Shown: positions 39,850-50,801 of the stretch, piece after piece
Position numbering within the stretch: position 1 is the stretch's first letter
How the letters are laid out: each line of letters opens with the position of its first letter
Assembly (NCBI GenBank): GCA_963663165.1
Contig: OY760175.1
Location: forward strand, 2,464,001 to 2,528,000
Source: an uncultured Desulfospira sp.
GTDB lineage: Bacteria > Desulfobacterota > Desulfobacteria > Desulfobacterales > Desulfobacteraceae
DNA length: 64,000 nt
Direction of reading: 5' to 3'
The notes under the pieces: model-generated
What the model was told of the DNA's origin: nothing
What the model saw: only the letters and a program-made list of their open reading frames with translations
Databases searched by the model: none
Made by a program: the position numbers and the translations under genes

Positions 39850-40273
39850 TGCCGTTGCCGTATGCCCCGGTTTCAGGCTCAAACGGGGCCTGCTCCACGG
39901 TGATGGTAAGTCCCAACCCTTTGACCATATCGTCCAGGACATGGTCATGGGGGTAACGGACAAAACCATCCCGGATTTCAAGATCCACATGCCGGTTGCC
40001 CAGATGGTAACAGGCCAGGTTGAGCTGCCGGGGGGTCCGGGCCCGGGCCGTGGAGACCTGTTCATGGGCGGCAATAATCCTGACATGGAACCCGTCGTCA
40101 CTGCTGACCATATCCCCGTTTCTTAAAATCTGGCCCCGCTCCAGGAACAGTCCGGCCTCATCCTGGTTATCCAGCACCACCCGCTGCCGGCTTTTGATCC
40201 GCTTTTCCCAGGGCAGGGTCAGGGTGGCATGGACCGCTTCACCGGTCTGGGTTTTATGGGTCAATTCAATCAT
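39827..40273 (-). CDS. ureE: Urease nickel chaperone
   Basis: YHLGNRH, DHVL, FEPETGAY, His-rich tail. Confidence 0.95.
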   Translation of the reverse strand: MIELTHKTQTGEAVHATLTLPWEKRIKSRQRVVLDNQDEAGLFLERGQILRNGDMVSSDDGFHVRIIAAHEQVSTARARTPRQLNLACYHLGNRHVDLEIRDGFVRYPHDHVLDDMVKGLGLTITVEQAPFEPETGAYGNGNGHHHHH

Positions 40274-40275
40274 GG

Positions 40276-41979
40276 CTAAAACAGAAAATACCGCTGGGCC
40301 ATGGGAAGCACCGAGGCCGGTTCACAGGTCAACAGTTCCCCGTCAGCCCGGACCTCGTAAGTCTGGGGATCAACTTCCATATGGGGCTGGTAGGTATTGT
40401 GGATCATATCCTTTTTGCCGATGTTTCGGCACGCCTTTACCGGGATAAGCCGCGATTGCAGTCCGGCGCTGTCCAGTATGCCCTTTTCCAATGCAGTGCC
40501 CGAAACAAAGGAAATTGAGGTTTCATGCCGGGCCCTGCCAAAGGCCCCGAACATGGGCCGGTAATGGACGGGCTGGGGCGACGGGATGGAGGCGTTGGGG
40601 TCCCCCATGGGGGCCAGGGCGATCATGCCGCCCTTGATGACCAATGAGGGCTTGACCCCGAAAAGGGCCGGTTTCCACAAAACCAGGTCGGCAAATTTTC
40701 CGGCTTCCACAGATCCCACCTCATGGGAGATCCCGTGGCAGACGGCCGGGTTGATGGTGTATTTTGAGATATACCGTTTGACCCGGTGGTTGTCATGGGC
40801 AGCGGGGTCCTGTTTGAGGCTGCCTCTCTGCACCTTCATCTTGTGGGCGGTCTGCCAGGTTCGGATGATCACCTCCCCTACCCGGCCCATGGCCTGGGAG
40901 TCCGATGCGATCATGGAAAATGCCCCCAGATCGTGGAGGATATCCTCTGCAGCAATGGTCTCCCGCCGGATGCGGGACTCGGCAAAGGCAATGTCCTCAG
41001 CAATTTTGGGGTCCAGGTGGTGGCAGACCATGAGCATATCCAGATGCTCGTCAATGGTGTTGACCGTGTAGGGCCTGGTGGGGTTGGTTGACGATGGCAG
41101 CACATTGGGCAGCCCGCAGGCCCGGATGATGTCCGGGGCATGGCCACCCCCGGCCCCTTCGGTGTGAAAGGTATGAATGGTGCGCCCCTTAAAGGCTTCC
41201 ATGGTCTGCTCCACAAACCCGGATTCATTGAGGGTATCCGTGTGGATGGCCACCTGAACGTCCATTTTGTCGGCAACGGCAAGGCAGTTGTCAATCACCG
41301 CCGGCGTGGTCCCCCAGTCCTCGTGAAGTTTTAGGCCCATGGCCCCTGCGGCCACCTGCTCTTCAAGGGCAATGGGCAGGCTGGCATTGCCCTTTCCCAT
41401 AAACCCCAGGTTCATGGGAAAGGCATCGGCGGCCTGGAGCATTTTAACGATATTCCAGGGGCCCGGTGTGCAGGTGGTGGCATTGGTTCCCGTGGCAGGA
41501 CCCGTGCCGCCGCCAAGCATGGTGGTAACCCCTGAGGCCAGGGCCTCTTCAATCTGCTGGGGGGCAATAAAATGAATGTGGGCGTCAATGCCGCCGGCCG
41601 TAAGGATATGGCCCTCTCCGGCCACGGCTTCGGTGCCGGGCCCCACGATAATGTTAATGCCTGGCTGGACATCGGGGTTGCCGGCCTTGCCGATACCGTG
41701 AATCCGGCCGTCTTTAATGCCCACATCCGCCTTGACAATGCCCCAGTGATCAATGATCAGGGCATTGGTAATCACCATATCAACGGCATCTTTGCACGAG
41801 GCCTGGCTTTGGCCCATGCCGTCCCGGATGGTTTTCCCGCCCCCGAATTTGATCTCCTCGCCATAAATGGTTTTGTCCTCTTCCACTTCAATAAACAGTT
41901 CCGTGTCCGCCAGTCTCACCCGGTCTCCGGTGGTGGGGCCGAACATCTCGGCGTAAGCTTTTCTGGTAATGGTTGTCAT
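40276..41979 (-). CDS. ureC: Urease alpha subunit
   Basis: [46 protein letters not shown]. Confidence 0.98.
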   Translation of the reverse strand: MTTITRKAYAEMFGPTTGDRVRLADTELFIEVEEDKTIYGEEIKFGGGKTIRDGMGQSQASCKDAVDMVITNALIIDHWGIVKADVGIKDGRIHGIGKAGNPDVQPGINIIVGPGTEAVAGEGHILTAGGIDAHIHFIAPQQIEEALASGVTTMLGGGTGPATGTNATTCTPGPWNIVKMLQAADAFPMNLGFMGKGNASLPIALEEQVAAGAMGLKLHEDWGTTPAVIDNCLAVADKMDVQVAIHTDTLNESGFVEQTMEAFKGRTIHTFHTEGAGGGHAPDIIRACGLPNVLPSSTNPTRPYTVNTIDEHLDMLMVCHHLDPKIAEDIAFAESRIRRETIAAEDILHDLGAFSMIASDSQAMGRVGEVIIRTWQTAHKMKVQRGSLKQDPAAHDNHRVKRYISKYTINPAVCHGISHEVGSVEAGKFADLVLWKPALFGVKPSLVIKGGMIALAPMGDPNASIPSPQPVHYRPMFGAFGRARHETSISFVSGTALEKGILDSAGLQSRLIPVKACRNIGKKDMIHNTYQPHMEVDPQTYEVRADGELLTCEPASVLPMAQRYFLF

Positions 41980-41991
41980 GTCGTCCCCTCC

Positions 41992-42312
41992 TTACTTTGA
42001 GCCGGTATCAAGGCTTCCCATAATGGCCTGGTTAAACCCGAACACCCGGCGGTTCCCCGCATAAGCCACCAGCTCAACGGTCCGCTCAAGGCCCGGCTCA
42101 AACCGGATGGCGGTGCCTGACGGGATGTTGAGCCGGAACCCCTTGGCCTTTTCCCGCTCAAAGGAGAGGGCCTTGTTGGTTTCATAAAAATGGTAATGGG
42201 ACCCCACCTGAATGGGCCGGTCACCCCTGTTGACCACCGTAAGGCTTGTGGTTTGACGCCCCTCATTGATGGAGATTTCTCCTTGTTTTGTGATTATTTC
42301 TCCTGGAATCAT
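41992..42312 (-). CDS. ureB: Urease beta subunit
   Basis: [27 protein letters not shown]. Confidence 0.97.
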   Translation of the reverse strand: MIPGEIITKQGEISINEGRQTTSLTVVNRGDRPIQVGSHYHFYETNKALSFEREKAKGFRLNIPSGTAIRFEPGLERTVELVAYAGNRRVFGFNQAIMGSLDTGSK

Positions 42313-42326
42313 GAAAATCTCCCGCC

Positions 42327-42629
42327 TTATTGTATGGGGTTATGGACGGTGACCAGTTTGGTGCCGTCGGGAAATGTGGCTTCAACCTGCACATCATGGA
42401 TCATTTCGGCCACGCCTTCCATGACCTCTTCCCTGGACAGAAGGGTCCGGCCGTAATCCATAAGTTCGGCCACGGTTTTGCCTTCCCGGGCGCCTTCCAT
42501 GACCGCCGCACTGATAAAGGCGACAGTCTCGGGATAGTTGAGCCGCAGCCCTTTGGCCTTGCGCCGTTCTGCAAGCAGGCCTGCCGTAAAGATCAGCAGT
42601 TTGTCTTTTTCTCTGGGGGTAAGGTCCAT
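42327..42629 (-). CDS. ureA: Urease gamma subunit
   Basis: [28 protein letters not shown]. Confidence 0.97.
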   Translation of the reverse strand: MDLTPREKDKLLIFTAGLLAERRKAKGLRLNYPETVAFISAAVMEGAREGKTVAELMDYGRTLLSREEVMEGVAEMIHDVQVEATFPDGTKLVTVHNPIQ

Positions 42630-42667
42630 TGTTCTTCCTCGTCATTTAATGTCTGATCAAACACCAT

Positions 42668-43513
42668 TTAAGTGTTCCAGATCCGTGGTGCGGTCGCCTG
42701 CCTGCCCGTCAGTTCGGGGGCAAGGGTTTGCCGCAGGATTTCAAAGTGTTCTTTGGCCTGTCCGGGATGATCGCCCAGGTATCGTGCCACAAGCAGATGG
42801 TCCATCAGTGTCATGCCAAAATTTTCTTCAACGCCGGGGGGCCGCTTCCGGGCCGCCTGAAAAAGCGGTTCCTGGACCGGATAAGCCCAGAAGGTTGCCG
42901 TAACCGGCTGGCTCCTTAGCCCGGCCGGTCCGGCCAGGTCTTTTTGATTTTCAACCTTAAGTGTTTCAAACAGGAGCGGAACGTCACCGTTGAGCACGGT
43001 GACCGCCGACGCAAGCTGCCCATTGGCAAAAGGCTTTTTGAGTGCAGGAAGGCCCAGGCATAAAATTTCCCACCCCATGAACACCGCCTCCGGATCAAGG
43101 TGGACGATTGTTTCAAGACGGCCCACAGCCCCTTCAAAAAGAATGGTCTCCTGGGGGCACCACTCCAAAACCGATCCTTTGGCCAGGGTCAGGGTCTGGG
43201 CCTGAAACGCCTGTTGCCCAAGAGAACGGTAAAATTTGGTCGCCCCAGGCGTGGTCAAAAGGGTGCGGCTGTTTTCCCCGGCATGGACGGCAAGATCCAG
43301 ACAATCGCCGCCCACAAGCCCCCCGGGGGGATGCAGCAGATAGATATGACAAGTACCGTCTTCCGCATATAAGGGCTGCTGAATGGTTAAGGGGCCTTTC
43401 CGGCTGGTTTTTGAAAGGACGGTTTTGCCTTCCTTTTCTTCAAGATAAAGGCGTAAGGACCCATGCCAGCCTTTTGTGCTGTCATGGGCCGGTATGGAGG
43501 GCAGGAAACTCAT
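42668..43513 (-). CDS. ureD: Urease accessory protein
   Basis: LHPPGGLVGGD, TTPGATKFY, PQETI, PRIWNT. Confidence 0.93.
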   Translation of the reverse strand: MSFLPSIPAHDSTKGWHGSLRLYLEEKEGKTVLSKTSRKGPLTIQQPLYAEDGTCHIYLLHPPGGLVGGDCLDLAVHAGENSRTLLTTPGATKFYRSLGQQAFQAQTLTLAKGSVLEWCPQETILFEGAVGRLETIVHLDPEAVFMGWEILCLGLPALKKPFANGQLASAVTVLNGDVPLLFETLKVENQKDLAGPAGLRSQPVTATFWAYPVQEPLFQAARKRPPGVEENFGMTLMDHLLVARYLGDHPGQAKEHFEILRQTLAPELTGRQATAPRIWNT

Positions 43514-43560
43514 CTTAATACTGCATGGATAATACTTATGACTCTGAACACCGGCAAGGG

Positions 43561-44784
43561 TTAATTTTCAATAATGGCCATCTCCCGGTCATGGATCCCG
43601 ATCAGGTAGAGCAACCCGTCCAGGCCCATGGAAGAGATGGCATTGGTGGCTTTTTCCCGGACCAGGGGCTTGGCGTTAAAGGCCACCCCAAGGCCTGCAA
43701 TGGAGATCATGGGCAGGTCGTTGGCCCCGTCCCCTACGGCAATGGTCTGCTCTATGGCCAGGTCTTCACGCCGGGCAAGTTCCCTTAAGAGTTCGGCCTT
43801 TTTCTCCCCATCCACAATCTGCCCCTTAACCTCTCCGGTAACCACACCGTCCTGGATATCCAGTTCATTGGCAAACACATAATCAAACCCGAGCTTGTCC
43901 TTGAGATACTCTCCCACAAAGGTAAATCCGCCGGACAGTATCCCGAGCTTATACCCTAACTGTTTTAAAGTCCGGGTCACCAGCTCGGCGCCTTCGGTCA
44001 GGGGCAGGGTCTCGGTGATGCTGGCCAGATCCGTCTCGCGCAGCCCCTTTAGAAGGGCCACCCGCCGCCGGAAGCTTTCTTTAAAATCCATTTCCCCCCT
44101 CATGGCCGACTCGGTGATCCGGGCCACTTCATCGCCCACACCGGCCAGTTTGGCAAGCTCTACAATGACTTCGGCCTGGATCAGGGTGGAGTCCATGTCA
44201 AATACCACCAGTTTCCGGTTTTTCCGGTAGATATTGTCCACATGAAATGAAATATCAATTTCGTTTTTCCGGGAAATTTCCATGAAACTGCCCCGCATTT
44301 TCGTGATATCTTTCGGGGTTCCGGATACGGAAAACTGGACACTGGCCCGGGGCCTGGGATGGGGGCATTCAAACGATCTTCTGCCGGTGAGCCGGGTGAT
44401 GGCATCAATATTAAGCCCCTGTGCGGCACACACCGATGCCACCAGAGAAATCTGGCGGGCCGTCAGGGTCTGGCCAAGGATGGTGATCATCCGCCGTTCC
44501 TTGCCCTGGGCCTTGACCCATTTTTCATAATCCTCCCGGGTGACGGTGTTGATGTCCACCCGGAGCCCAAGTTTGTGCCCTTCAAACAGGGCATCCTTGA
44601 AAATGGCGGAAAACTCCTCAGGCCCTGGAATTTTGGCCAGGATGCCAAGGGAGATGTGTTTGTGGATAACGGCCTGGCCGATATCCAGGATCCCCACCCC
44701 GTAACAACCCAGAATCTTAGTAAATCTTGCCACCAGGCCTTCCTGGTCCCTGCCGGTAATGTTGATCAGTACGATATCTTCCAT
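43561..44784 (-). CDS. serB: Phosphoserine phosphatase with ACT domains
   Basis: ITGRDQEG ACT, FDMDSTLI, LSGGF, GDGAND. Confidence 0.95.
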   Translation of the reverse strand: MEDIVLINITGRDQEGLVARFTKILGCYGVGILDIGQAVIHKHISLGILAKIPGPEEFSAIFKDALFEGHKLGLRVDINTVTREDYEKWVKAQGKERRMITILGQTLTARQISLVASVCAAQGLNIDAITRLTGRRSFECPHPRPRASVQFSVSGTPKDITKMRGSFMEISRKNEIDISFHVDNIYRKNRKLVVFDMDSTLIQAEVIVELAKLAGVGDEVARITESAMRGEMDFKESFRRRVALLKGLRETDLASITETLPLTEGAELVTRTLKQLGYKLGILSGGFTFVGEYLKDKLGFDYVFANELDIQDGVVTGEVKGQIVDGEKKAELLRELARREDLAIEQTIAVGDGANDLPMISIAGLGVAFNAKPLVREKATNAISSMGLDGLLYLIGIHDREMAIIEN

Positions 44785-44786
44785 GG

Positions 44787-45656
44787 CTAAATCAGGTCCT
44801 TTGCCGTCCGGATGACCACATCCCCGGGCCGGCAGTCCCCGTGCCGGGCCACAATGAGGCATTTGGCCTTAAATAAATAGAAAATCCGCTCATCTTTATG
44901 ATCCAGGGTTTCAAAATTGCCCTGGCCTTTGGAAATGATCAGGTCTGCCTTTTCATAAGCCGTTACCAGCTCCTTAGAGCAATACTCAAGGATGGTGCCC
45001 GGGATGGCGGCCCCGGAGTCAATCACCTTCACCAGATCCGTCATCCCCGTATCCACAGCATCTGCCATGGTGGCGTCATTCAGGGCGTTGCCGCCCCGGA
45101 CCACATAGGTGATTTTATCCTGGTCCATTTCTTCAATTAAAAGCTTGTCAAATACGATCTCACCGGTATTGTCGGAAAGCCAGAGAATGTGGTCCGCATT
45201 TTGGACCGCAAGCTCCAGGGCTTTGACATCTCCGGTGATTTGGGTTTCAAGGGCATGGGCAATGGTGTCCATGACCTTTTCGGGGCCAACGGTGGAGGCG
45301 GCCCCGAAATCAATGATATTCCCGGCAATGGAAAGCCTGACCCCGATTTCAAACCGGCCTGATGGATCTTTTGCCTCATCTTTTAAAGCCGAAAGTTTGG
45401 GATAAAGATCCAGGGCCAGGTCATTATATTCTTTCTTAAGCGCCTTATAGGGATCATCTTCGCCGGAAAACTTGCGGACACAGTCCTGGATCACTTTGGC
45501 CATCAGGGGCGGGGCAGATTCCATTGGCGCCTTTACCAGTTCGGCCATCACCGCCTTTACAATTTTCTGGTGAACCAGATCATCCTTAGTGGAAAGCCGG
45601 GCCGCATCCAGGGCTCCCCTGGCAATACAGGGCAGGCAGTCATTGTACATTTTCAT
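44787..45656 (-). CDS. DUF89/ARMT1-like metal-dependent phosphatase
   Basis: CLPC, AGNIIDFG, DNTGEIVFD, NDAT, KGQGNFE, KAKC. Confidence 0.85.
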   Translation of the reverse strand: MKMYNDCLPCIARGALDAARLSTKDDLVHQKIVKAVMAELVKAPMESAPPLMAKVIQDCVRKFSGEDDPYKALKKEYNDLALDLYPKLSALKDEAKDPSGRFEIGVRLSIAGNIIDFGAASTVGPEKVMDTIAHALETQITGDVKALELAVQNADHILWLSDNTGEIVFDKLLIEEMDQDKITYVVRGGNALNDATMADAVDTGMTDLVKVIDSGAAIPGTILEYCSKELVTAYEKADLIISKGQGNFETLDHKDERIFYLFKAKCLIVARHGDCRPGDVVIRTAKDLI

Positions 45657-46987
45657 TTCAAGGATTCCTCTTTCAGCTTTGCAAGCATCTCCATCAAACT
45701 TTTTCGATTGTTCAGGTCAGGGTTTTCCAATACCTTTTCAAACAGGACGCCCTTTACCCGGCCCACTTCAGGGCCGGTGCCCATGTCTAAAATGTCGATA
45801 ATATCCTGGCCGTTAACAGCAAGGTCATTGATATTAAAGGCGGTCCGGGTTGTGATTTCATCTTTGATCTTTTTTACGCGCAGCCTTATATCTGAAATGG
45901 TGTACGGGGACTTGGCAAGGTTTCCCCGTTTATCGGCAATTCTCATGCGCATGAAATCCGGCCAGGTCAGGTTCAGTTCATCCAGCATGACCAGAAGGCG
46001 CCGGACCGACTTAGGGCTGGTCTTTTCCGCCAGAGGCCTCATATGGGCTTTGACCAGGGCAAGGATATAGGATTTTTCCTTTCCTGAAAACCTTAACCGG
46101 TCAAGATCCGCTTCCAAAGCATCCGTCTCTTTTTCATGGCCGTGAAAGGTGACCCGGCCGTCCTTAACGCCGGCCGCATCAACCTTTCCCACATCGTGAA
46201 GAAATCCGGCAAGGCGGAGCAGGGGCTGCCGGGCCGGCAGGGCATCCCCCACCAGCAGACAGTGTTCAAACACGGTTTCCCCATGATAAGGGCCGCCGTC
46301 CACCCCCACACACCGGGCCAGGCAGGGCAGAATTCCGGGCAGCAGCCCGGTTTCATGAAGACGCTCGAAAAATCCGGAGGGTCTGGCCATATCCATGGCC
46401 TTGATCAGTTCGACCCGGGTTCTTTCCCAGGCCACACCGGATTCGATCAGCCCGGCATGGGCCGTAATGGCCTCTTGTGAGGACCGGGCAATTTGGCCGT
46501 TAAGCCGGGCCGCAAACCGGCAGGCCCGGACCATGCGGACCGGATCTTCCATGATCCGCTCATCAGGGCTGCGGGTAAACCGGACCATCCCCTTTTCCAG
46601 GTCTGTCTTTCCGTTAAACGGATCCATGAGGGTGTTGGTTTCCGGATTAAAGGCCATGGCATTGATGGTCAGATCCCGCATGCCAAGGTCGGTTTCCGGA
46701 AACGCCGGGTCAGGCCGGCTGCCGGACCGGGCCGTGGCCACCTCAACACCGTTGACCATGCACACCGGAAAGCTTTTGCCCACCAGTTTGACCTTTTCAC
46801 TGGCAAACAAGGAAAGAATCTGTTCGGGCAGGGCATTGGTCAGAATGTCAATATCCTTTGGACAAAGTCCGAGCAGCATGTCCCGGACTGCCCCCCCGGC
46901 CATATAGGCTTTAAACCCGTTGGCTCTGAGCCGCTCCATAATGGGACGGGCGTCACCCAGTTCCGGTATGGGGGTTAACCTGTCCAT
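45653..46987 (-). CDS. CCA-adding/poly(A) polymerase family nucleotidyltransferase with HD domain
   Basis: GGAVRD, KDIDI, RDLTINAMA, EDPVR, LHDVGK. Confidence 0.88.
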   Translation of the reverse strand: MDRLTPIPELGDARPIMERLRANGFKAYMAGGAVRDMLLGLCPKDIDILTNALPEQILSLFASEKVKLVGKSFPVCMVNGVEVATARSGSRPDPAFPETDLGMRDLTINAMAFNPETNTLMDPFNGKTDLEKGMVRFTRSPDERIMEDPVRMVRACRFAARLNGQIARSSQEAITAHAGLIESGVAWERTRVELIKAMDMARPSGFFERLHETGLLPGILPCLARCVGVDGGPYHGETVFEHCLLVGDALPARQPLLRLAGFLHDVGKVDAAGVKDGRVTFHGHEKETDALEADLDRLRFSGKEKSYILALVKAHMRPLAEKTSPKSVRRLLVMLDELNLTWPDFMRMRIADKRGNLAKSPYTISDIRLRVKKIKDEITTRTAFNINDLAVNGQDIIDILDMGTGPEVGRVKGVLFEKVLENPDLNNRKSLMEMLAKLKEESLK

Positions 46988-47000
46988 GAAATCTGTACGT

Positions 47001-48026
47001 TCATATTCTGATATCCGAGGCTGCCCCGCATTTCGGGCATGATCCGTCCCGGGAAAGGTGATTTTTAATTGTGTAGCCCAGCCGTTCCACCAGGAGGCTG
47101 CCGCATTTTGGACACTTTGTGTGTTCCCAGTCCGACCCGGGCATATTCCCCATGTATACATATTTTAAGCCGGCCCGATCCCCGATCTCACAGGCCGTTT
47201 CCAGGGACTTTGCAGGGGTTGGTCCCCGGTCCGTCATCTGGTAACAGGGGTGAAACCGGGACACATGCCAGGGGGTGTCGTCCCCCAGGTCATTGGCAAT
47301 AAACCCGGCCATGGCCTCAAGCTCTGCTTCATCATCGTTAAGCCCCGGGATGAGCAGCGTGGTCACCTCCACCAGGATACCGGCCTTTTTCATCCGCACC
47401 AGGTTCTGCTTAACCGGTTCCAGTTCGGCGTTGCAGAACTGCCGGTAAAACTCAGGGGTAAAGGCCTTAAGGTCCACATTGGCGGCATCCAGCCAGAGGG
47501 CCATCTGGTCAATGGCTTCAAGGCTCATGAACCCGTTGGTCACAAATATGTTGGCCAACCCCTTTTCCCGGGCCAGCACCGCCGTATCCCGGGCCAACTC
47601 ATAAAACACCGTGGGCTCGGTATAGGTATAGGCCATGGTCTCACACCCGGCATCCAGGGCCAGGGCCACGATATTTTCAGGGGCCAGGGGCTCACCCGGG
47701 GGCTTTCCCTTTGCATCTGAAAATCTGGTCCTGGCCAGATCATGGGCAATCCGGGCATTCTGGCAGAACCGGCACTTTAAATTGCAGCCTGCCGTGGCAA
47801 TGGAAAAGGACAAAGACCCTGGCTTTAAGTGATAAATGGGCTTTTTTTCAATGGGGTCCACGGCATGGGCAATCACCCGGTCATAGACCAGGGAAACCAG
47901 CGTGCCGTTCCGGTTTTCCCGGACCCGGCAGATCCCCTTTTTCCCCTCATTGATCAGGCAAAAGTGGCTGCAAAGCCGGCATCTGACCTGGTTTGCGTCC
48001 AGTTTATCATAAAATGCCGCTTCCAT
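47001..48026 (-). CDS. AmmeMemoRadiSam-system radical SAM enzyme
   Basis: C..C..C N-terminus, DPIEKKP, CNLKCRFCQN, YTYTEP, HVSRFHP. Confidence 0.85.
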   Translation of the reverse strand: MEAAFYDKLDANQVRCRLCSHFCLINEGKKGICRVRENRNGTLVSLVYDRVIAHAVDPIEKKPIYHLKPGSLSFSIATAGCNLKCRFCQNARIAHDLARTRFSDAKGKPPGEPLAPENIVALALDAGCETMAYTYTEPTVFYELARDTAVLAREKGLANIFVTNGFMSLEAIDQMALWLDAANVDLKAFTPEFYRQFCNAELEPVKQNLVRMKKAGILVEVTTLLIPGLNDDEAELEAMAGFIANDLGDDTPWHVSRFHPCYQMTDRGPTPAKSLETACEIGDRAGLKYVYMGNMPGSDWEHTKCPKCGSLLVERLGYTIKNHLSRDGSCPKCGAASDIRI

Positions 48027-48109
48027 AAAAAGCCCCCCCTTCTCAACCGGCCCCAAAGGGTAACACAACCGTCATCACGCGCGCCCTTTCATCCCTCATC
48101 CTTCAGCCT

Positions 48110-48892
48110 TCAGTCTTCAGCCTTTATATCCATCATCCGGGTGGCCAGGCCCGGGGCCGGTTTATAAAGCTTTCGGGTCCTGATCTTCAATGCCAGAGGC
48201 CGGGTCCTGAATTTGGGCACCGGCTTGATCCGCATGCCGATCAGGGTACCGTAATAGGATTTTTGCACCAGTCTTATATTTTCAATATAGGAAGCCGCTC
48301 TGCTGTGAAGAAATGGGAACTGCGGTGTTGTCCGCCAGACCACGGGCACATGCCCCAGGATACCGGACAGGGTCCGCTTGATGTCCCCGATACTGAAAAA
48401 ATGGGCCTTTGAAAACATGCCCGGGATAAAAAACCCCTTTACCTGCCGGGCCATATTTAACGGGGCATACCGGTTCAGCACCCCGATAATCACGCTGTCC
48501 TTGGCCACCCGGCAGGCCTCTTCAATGGCCTTGGCCGGCCTTTCGGTATATTCCAGGCTGGTAAAAAAAAAGGCCGTATCAAAGGCGTTGTCTTCAAAAG
48601 GCAGGTCCTCGGCAGCTCCCCGGTGCAGGTCCACCTGGCTTCCCAGCCGCTCCAAGGCCTTATCCAGCATATAAGGGGACGGATCAATGCCGGTAAGGTT
48701 AAGCCCCCGGTCCAAAAGCGGTCCAAGGCTGGCCCCGGTGCCGCACCCGATATCCAGTATCCGGCTTCCCTTTTCAAGGGTCATGAGGTCCTGAATCAGC
48801 TTGAGTTCAAGGCCCACCTGGTACTGAATCCCCGGCCTTTCAAGCCAGGCATCGTACCGATCTGCGTCCATGAAATCAAATACATACCCCAT
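48110..48892 (-). CDS. Class I SAM-dependent methyltransferase
   Basis: ILDIGCGTG, AEDLPFEDNAFD. Confidence 0.85.
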   Translation of the reverse strand: MGYVFDFMDADRYDAWLERPGIQYQVGLELKLIQDLMTLEKGSRILDIGCGTGASLGPLLDRGLNLTGIDPSPYMLDKALERLGSQVDLHRGAAEDLPFEDNAFDTAFFFTSLEYTERPAKAIEEACRVAKDSVIIGVLNRYAPLNMARQVKGFFIPGMFSKAHFFSIGDIKRTLSGILGHVPVVWRTTPQFPFLHSRAASYIENIRLVQKSYYGTLIGMRIKPVPKFRTRPLALKIRTRKLYKPAPGLATRMMDIKAED

Positions 48893-48984
48893 TTTGCACC
48901 ATCTTCCGGCTGAAAACCCATGGCTGAAGCCTGAAGGATCAAAGGACGGGAAGCCTTCAGCCTTCAGCCTAAATCACTTCAGTC

Positions 48985-49749
48985 TTATCCAATCGTTTCC
49001 TTAATCTTTTCCATCATCCGGTCAATGGCCAGGACGGCTTTGGAATCATCAGGCAGCTCCATTAAAGAGCGCTGCTCCATATCAAATTCAAGGAGATTGT
49101 CATCATCGGGGATGGTACACAAAATGGGAACCCCGATCCGTTCCACCTCATCTAAAAACGCCTGGCTCAACTTTTCCGGGGCCCGGTTAACAATGATCCC
49201 CTTGTGCTTGATTTCCAGCTTAAGGTCATCGAGCATCTCATTAATCCGGCCCACAGCCCGCAGGCCCCGCAGGGCGTAATCAGTGACCATCAACAGGATA
49301 TCCACCTTACCGGAGGTCCTTCGGCTCAGGTGCTCCATACCGGCTTCATTGTCCACCAGAAGATACCGGTAATTTTTTTCAAGCTCATCGGTGAACCGGT
49401 TGAGAATATTGTTGACCATGCAGTAACAGCCCTGGCCTTCCTGGCGGCCCATGACCAGCAGGTCAAACTCTTTCTTTTCAATCAACACCTGGTTCATGAG
49501 CATTTCAAGGTAAAGGATCTTATCCATGCCCGAGGGAACGGCCTGGGGGTCTTTCATAAAATTTTCCCGGATATCCCCCACGGTATTCTCTATGGGCAAC
49601 CCTAAGGTTTCCCCCAGGTTGCTGTTGGGATCAGCATCAACGGCAAGAAGCGGCCCGTCCTGTTTCTTTGCAAAATGTCTGACAGCCAGGGCGGAAACCG
49701 TTGTCTTACCCACCCCGCCTTTACCGGCCATGGCAATTATTTTACTCAT
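48985..49749 (-). CDS. CooC/AcsF-type nickel-insertion ATPase
   Basis: GKGGVGKTT, DADPNSNL, GCYC, DNEAGMEHLSR. Confidence 0.9.
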   Translation of the reverse strand: MSKIIAMAGKGGVGKTTVSALAVRHFAKKQDGPLLAVDADPNSNLGETLGLPIENTVGDIRENFMKDPQAVPSGMDKILYLEMLMNQVLIEKKEFDLLVMGRQEGQGCYCMVNNILNRFTDELEKNYRYLLVDNEAGMEHLSRRTSGKVDILLMVTDYALRGLRAVGRINEMLDDLKLEIKHKGIIVNRAPEKLSQAFLDEVERIGVPILCTIPDDDNLLEFDMEQRSLMELPDDSKAVLAIDRMMEKIKETIG

Positions 49750-49889
49750 ATTCGCTCCAATTTTAGAAATTCAAATCACGTTAACTAACATAACGCAATC
49801 GATAAAAAAAGCAAGGTGGGTAAATTGATGGGACAGGGCCATGTGACTTGCCAGCTGTTTGATATGATAGTGTGGATAATAATGCAAAA

Positions 49890-49982
49890 AATGGAAACCG
49901 GAAACGGGAGTCCGGAGACCGGATCTTGCGATTCCCTCGGGTTGACGCATTCCGGTCTGCGGTCTCCGGTCTTCGGTTTCCT
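49890..49982. repeat. Inverted GGA(A/G)ACC-type heptamer arrays
   Basis: GGAAACCGGAAACGGGAGTCCGGAGACCGGA ... TCCGGTCTGCGGTCTCCGGTCTTCGGTTTCC. Confidence 0.65.
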
Positions 49983-49989
49983 TCAAACA

Positions 49990-50796
49990 CTAATTGAACA
50001 ATTTTTTAAGCAGGCTGGTGGTCTGCTCCACGGGATTCTCGCGGATGGCTTTTTCTTTTTGTGCCATATAATAAAAAATGCCGTCCATGCCCTTTTCCAC
50101 CACATAGTCTGAGAGGTTGGCCTTGACGTCGGGAACCAGGGGCAGGGTTTTGTACTTTGCCACCATGGTGTCATAGGCCTGGACCGCCTGCACCTCGGTT
50201 AAGGCCTCTTCCACCACAGGGGTCATGGCTTCGGACAGGTCATCGGACATTTTTTCTTTGAAATACTGGGTGGCCGCGTCATCGGCACCCTGATAAATCT
50301 CTTTGGCGTCGTCAAAGGTCATGGCGGAGATGGCATTCATGAACAGCTCTTTGGCCTTTGGCGTGGCCGCTTCCGCCGCCCGGTTCAATTTCAGTTCCAG
50401 GTCATCGGTAAGGGACGAGAACCCGGCTTTGTTCAGCAGGGACTGGGCCGTGGAGAGGCTGCTGGGCAGCGGGATATGGATATTGTCGTCACTGTTGAAC
50501 CCGTCCGTGGCCCCCAGCTGTTTCACCACGGCCTCAGATGCCACTTCCAGCGCCTCTTTCAGACCGCTGGAGATTTCATCGACCGAGAGATTGGATATGG
50601 CGGACGAGGAAGATGACGATGAACTTTTGGTACTGCTGCTGGTGCTGTCCTTGGAACTGCCTGAGTTCCCAAGGGAGTTTAATACGCTCTTTCCCTGGTC
50701 CAGCCAGGAATTTCCGGCATAAGCCGGAAAGTTTAAAACCAGGGCCAGACAAATTCCGGCCAGGCCGGTTTTCCAAAAATCTTTCATTGTGTTCAT
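49990..50796 (-). CDS. DUF4197 family exported protein
   Basis: Signal peptide, GLKEAL, LNRAAEAA, AATQYF, EKAIRENP. Confidence 0.8.
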   Translation of the reverse strand: MNTMKDFWKTGLAGICLALVLNFPAYAGNSWLDQGKSVLNSLGNSGSSKDSTSSSTKSSSSSSSSAISNLSVDEISSGLKEALEVASEAVVKQLGATDGFNSDDNIHIPLPSSLSTAQSLLNKAGFSSLTDDLELKLNRAAEAATPKAKELFMNAISAMTFDDAKEIYQGADDAATQYFKEKMSDDLSEAMTPVVEEALTEVQAVQAYDTMVAKYKTLPLVPDVKANLSDYVVEKGMDGIFYYMAQKEKAIRENPVEQTTSLLKKLFN

Positions 50797-50801
50797 TCTC
50801 C

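Noticed and set aside
39850..40101. Long N-terminal extension of UreF in the ORF track
   Set aside because: It overlaps ureE in another frame; UreF similarity starts downstream. The track starts for serB, the CCA enzyme, ALDH and PCS were shortened for similar reasons
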